From the NCBI GenBank assembly GCA_964016885.1, contig OZ024742.1, positions 233,368,001 through 233,432,000 on the forward strand: a stretch of 64,000 nucleotides of DNA, in the 5' to 3' direction. This stretch comes from Eledone cirrhosa (Eukaryota). The translations under genes were made by a program, and so were the position numbers. Shown here in pieces: positions 61,586 to 64,000 of the stretch. Each line of letters opens with the position of its first letter. Position 1 is the first letter of the stretch. The notes beneath the pieces are model-generated. The model was given only the letters and a program-made list of their open reading frames with translations. It was not told where the DNA came from and made no database searches.

Positions 61586-62419
61586 AAATAATATGTATTC
61601 AAAGCTAAGCTTGGATTACCCGATTGATACACACTCAGCGTTGGATATTATCGAATAAATTGTATACTAATTATCACTAGATGTGCATTTTATGCATTTA
61701 TTCACAAAAACTAACAGTATAATATATTTTATAGTAGACATGAATGAAACCGTTAAGTATATAAATGAGCGTTCTAAGTTAGTAAAGCATTTTTTACTAA
61801 AAATTATATACAACTGACTGAAATAGAATACGAGATTTTAATGGAAGGGGCGCAACTCTTTACACTGACAAATTTGGAGTGACGTGCCCTTCTAACGATG
61901 TTTTTCTATTGTAATAAATAAAATCGATGTATGAGTGAATTGAATCCGTAACCAGTTTCTATTCTCAGATACCTATGTTTTGTTTTCTCGAAGGAAAAAT
62001 GGGAATAATAATTTGACTGACCGAATTGTTTTCATTTCTCCAACACTTTAAATGTGTTTCTATGTAAAATGTTGCGGATTACTGCTGATGGTCAAAACTA
62101 TAGTGTTCCTGTTGTTAAGACACTTACTGTTAGTATTTTATTAATGTTCTTAGTGTTTAAATCTAAGTCTGTTTATTGAATCAGTACTGACATACCTCGA
62201 TATTCTAGTCATTAGTAGGAATATACTATCTCAGTGCAGCTAGTCTAGTCAGCATGGCAGATACATACATTGTGTGCCTAAATAGTGAATAGGGTTTTTG
62301 AAAGCATATTTCGAAGTAAATGTAAACATCCTAACGTGACTAATGATAAATGAAACATACAGTTTCTTCCAGAATGATAATACCTAAATGTTACTTAAAA
62401 TTCTATCATATGTATACAT

Positions 62420-63218
<799 letters not shown>

Positions 63219-63348
63219 GCAGTGCGGAATTGACAGGCTAGATTTAATTAACAGTAGCACTAACTTAGCATAATACAGAATAGAATGGAAAACAATATAT
63301 TTAAAATCTCTTAAATGTACTAGTTATAGTAATGAGAGAAATTCTTAC

Positions 63349-63444
63349 CTTTGAACATGATTTCCACATTAACACTGAGGCTGAAATATAGGCGGCTATT
63401 AAAGGCCCCGCATTGATAACTTTGAATATGCAGACGATATCAGT
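63349..63444 (-). CDS. Possible internal exon, 96 nt, phase 0-0 (TDIVCIFKVINAGPLIAAYISASVLMWKSCSK)
   Basis: Acceptor TTCATTCTCCAACAG, donor AAG|GTAAGA, only one frame open, hydrophobic core; no recognised homolog. Confidence 0.4.
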
Positions 63445-64000
63445 CTGTTGGAGAATGAATTTGAAATCAAGCAGTTAAAAACATTGTATATACTGAAGTT
63501 CTGTAAACGTTTTATAATTTTCATAGAATACATTTTTTTTTTATTTTGTTTTTTATTATATATCACCTTCTTTTCCGAAAAGGGAATGGGAGGGGGCAGT
63601 GGGGAGAGCTCGGGTTTTTCCATCCTCCGATAAATCTTTACAAAAAATGACTGAGTATTTAAATGCTAAATTAAATAATTTTAAATAATTTAAACAGTTA
63701 CTATGATAGCACAATTACTGATTTCTAGCTCTGACAACGATCTTCTGCCGAGTGTTACTAATTCACTAAAATAGCCTCAACACATCAATAGCTGATATCT
63801 CATCTACTTTGGCAGGTCGAAAGATTTGAATTCTGACGTTAAAGGGACATAACTAAATAAGGTAGTGTTCATTATCCGAAATACAACCAGCTCATTTCAG
63901 TGACCTTGTCCCAGCCCTTTATTACATTATGAGATTATACATATCTAGTTATAAGAGGAGCACTATGCAAAAAATTTGGGTGAGATGTATAATCACATTT

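Overview
AT-rich, microsatellite-saturated eukaryotic DNA. The SINE family and repeat load suggest a coleoid cephalopod, probably an octopus (inference). No prokaryotic genes, rRNA, real tRNA or CRISPR can be supported, and almost all short ORFs in the track are microsatellite translations. The window is a retroelement graveyard: about 20 copies of one tRNA-headed SINE; one near-intact R4/Dong-clade RLE LINE ORF (12788-15526) sitting in (CATA)n; decayed R4/Dong, RTE and L1/Tx1 LINEs; a Naiad-type Penelope-like element; Helitron and Tc1/mariner remnants; and a very homogeneous 81-bp tandem array that is open on both strands. Main observations: (1) a full-length RTE LINE with a twin-priming-type 5' inversion, a 30-bp breakpoint duplication and a 10-bp TSD (41478-45105), plus a second, independent 5'-inverted RTE-related short element (12181-12659); (2) a bipartite non-autonomous family that shares that LINE's 5' UTR but has a different 3' tail; (3) apparent (CATA)n targeting by the R4 family; (4) a minimal hammerhead ribozyme (39711-39746) and several long fold-backs; (5) a SINE flanked by an ~86-bp direct duplication; (6) a few possible minus-strand exons of an unidentified host gene. 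All alignments were done by eye, and boundaries of decayed elements are approximate.
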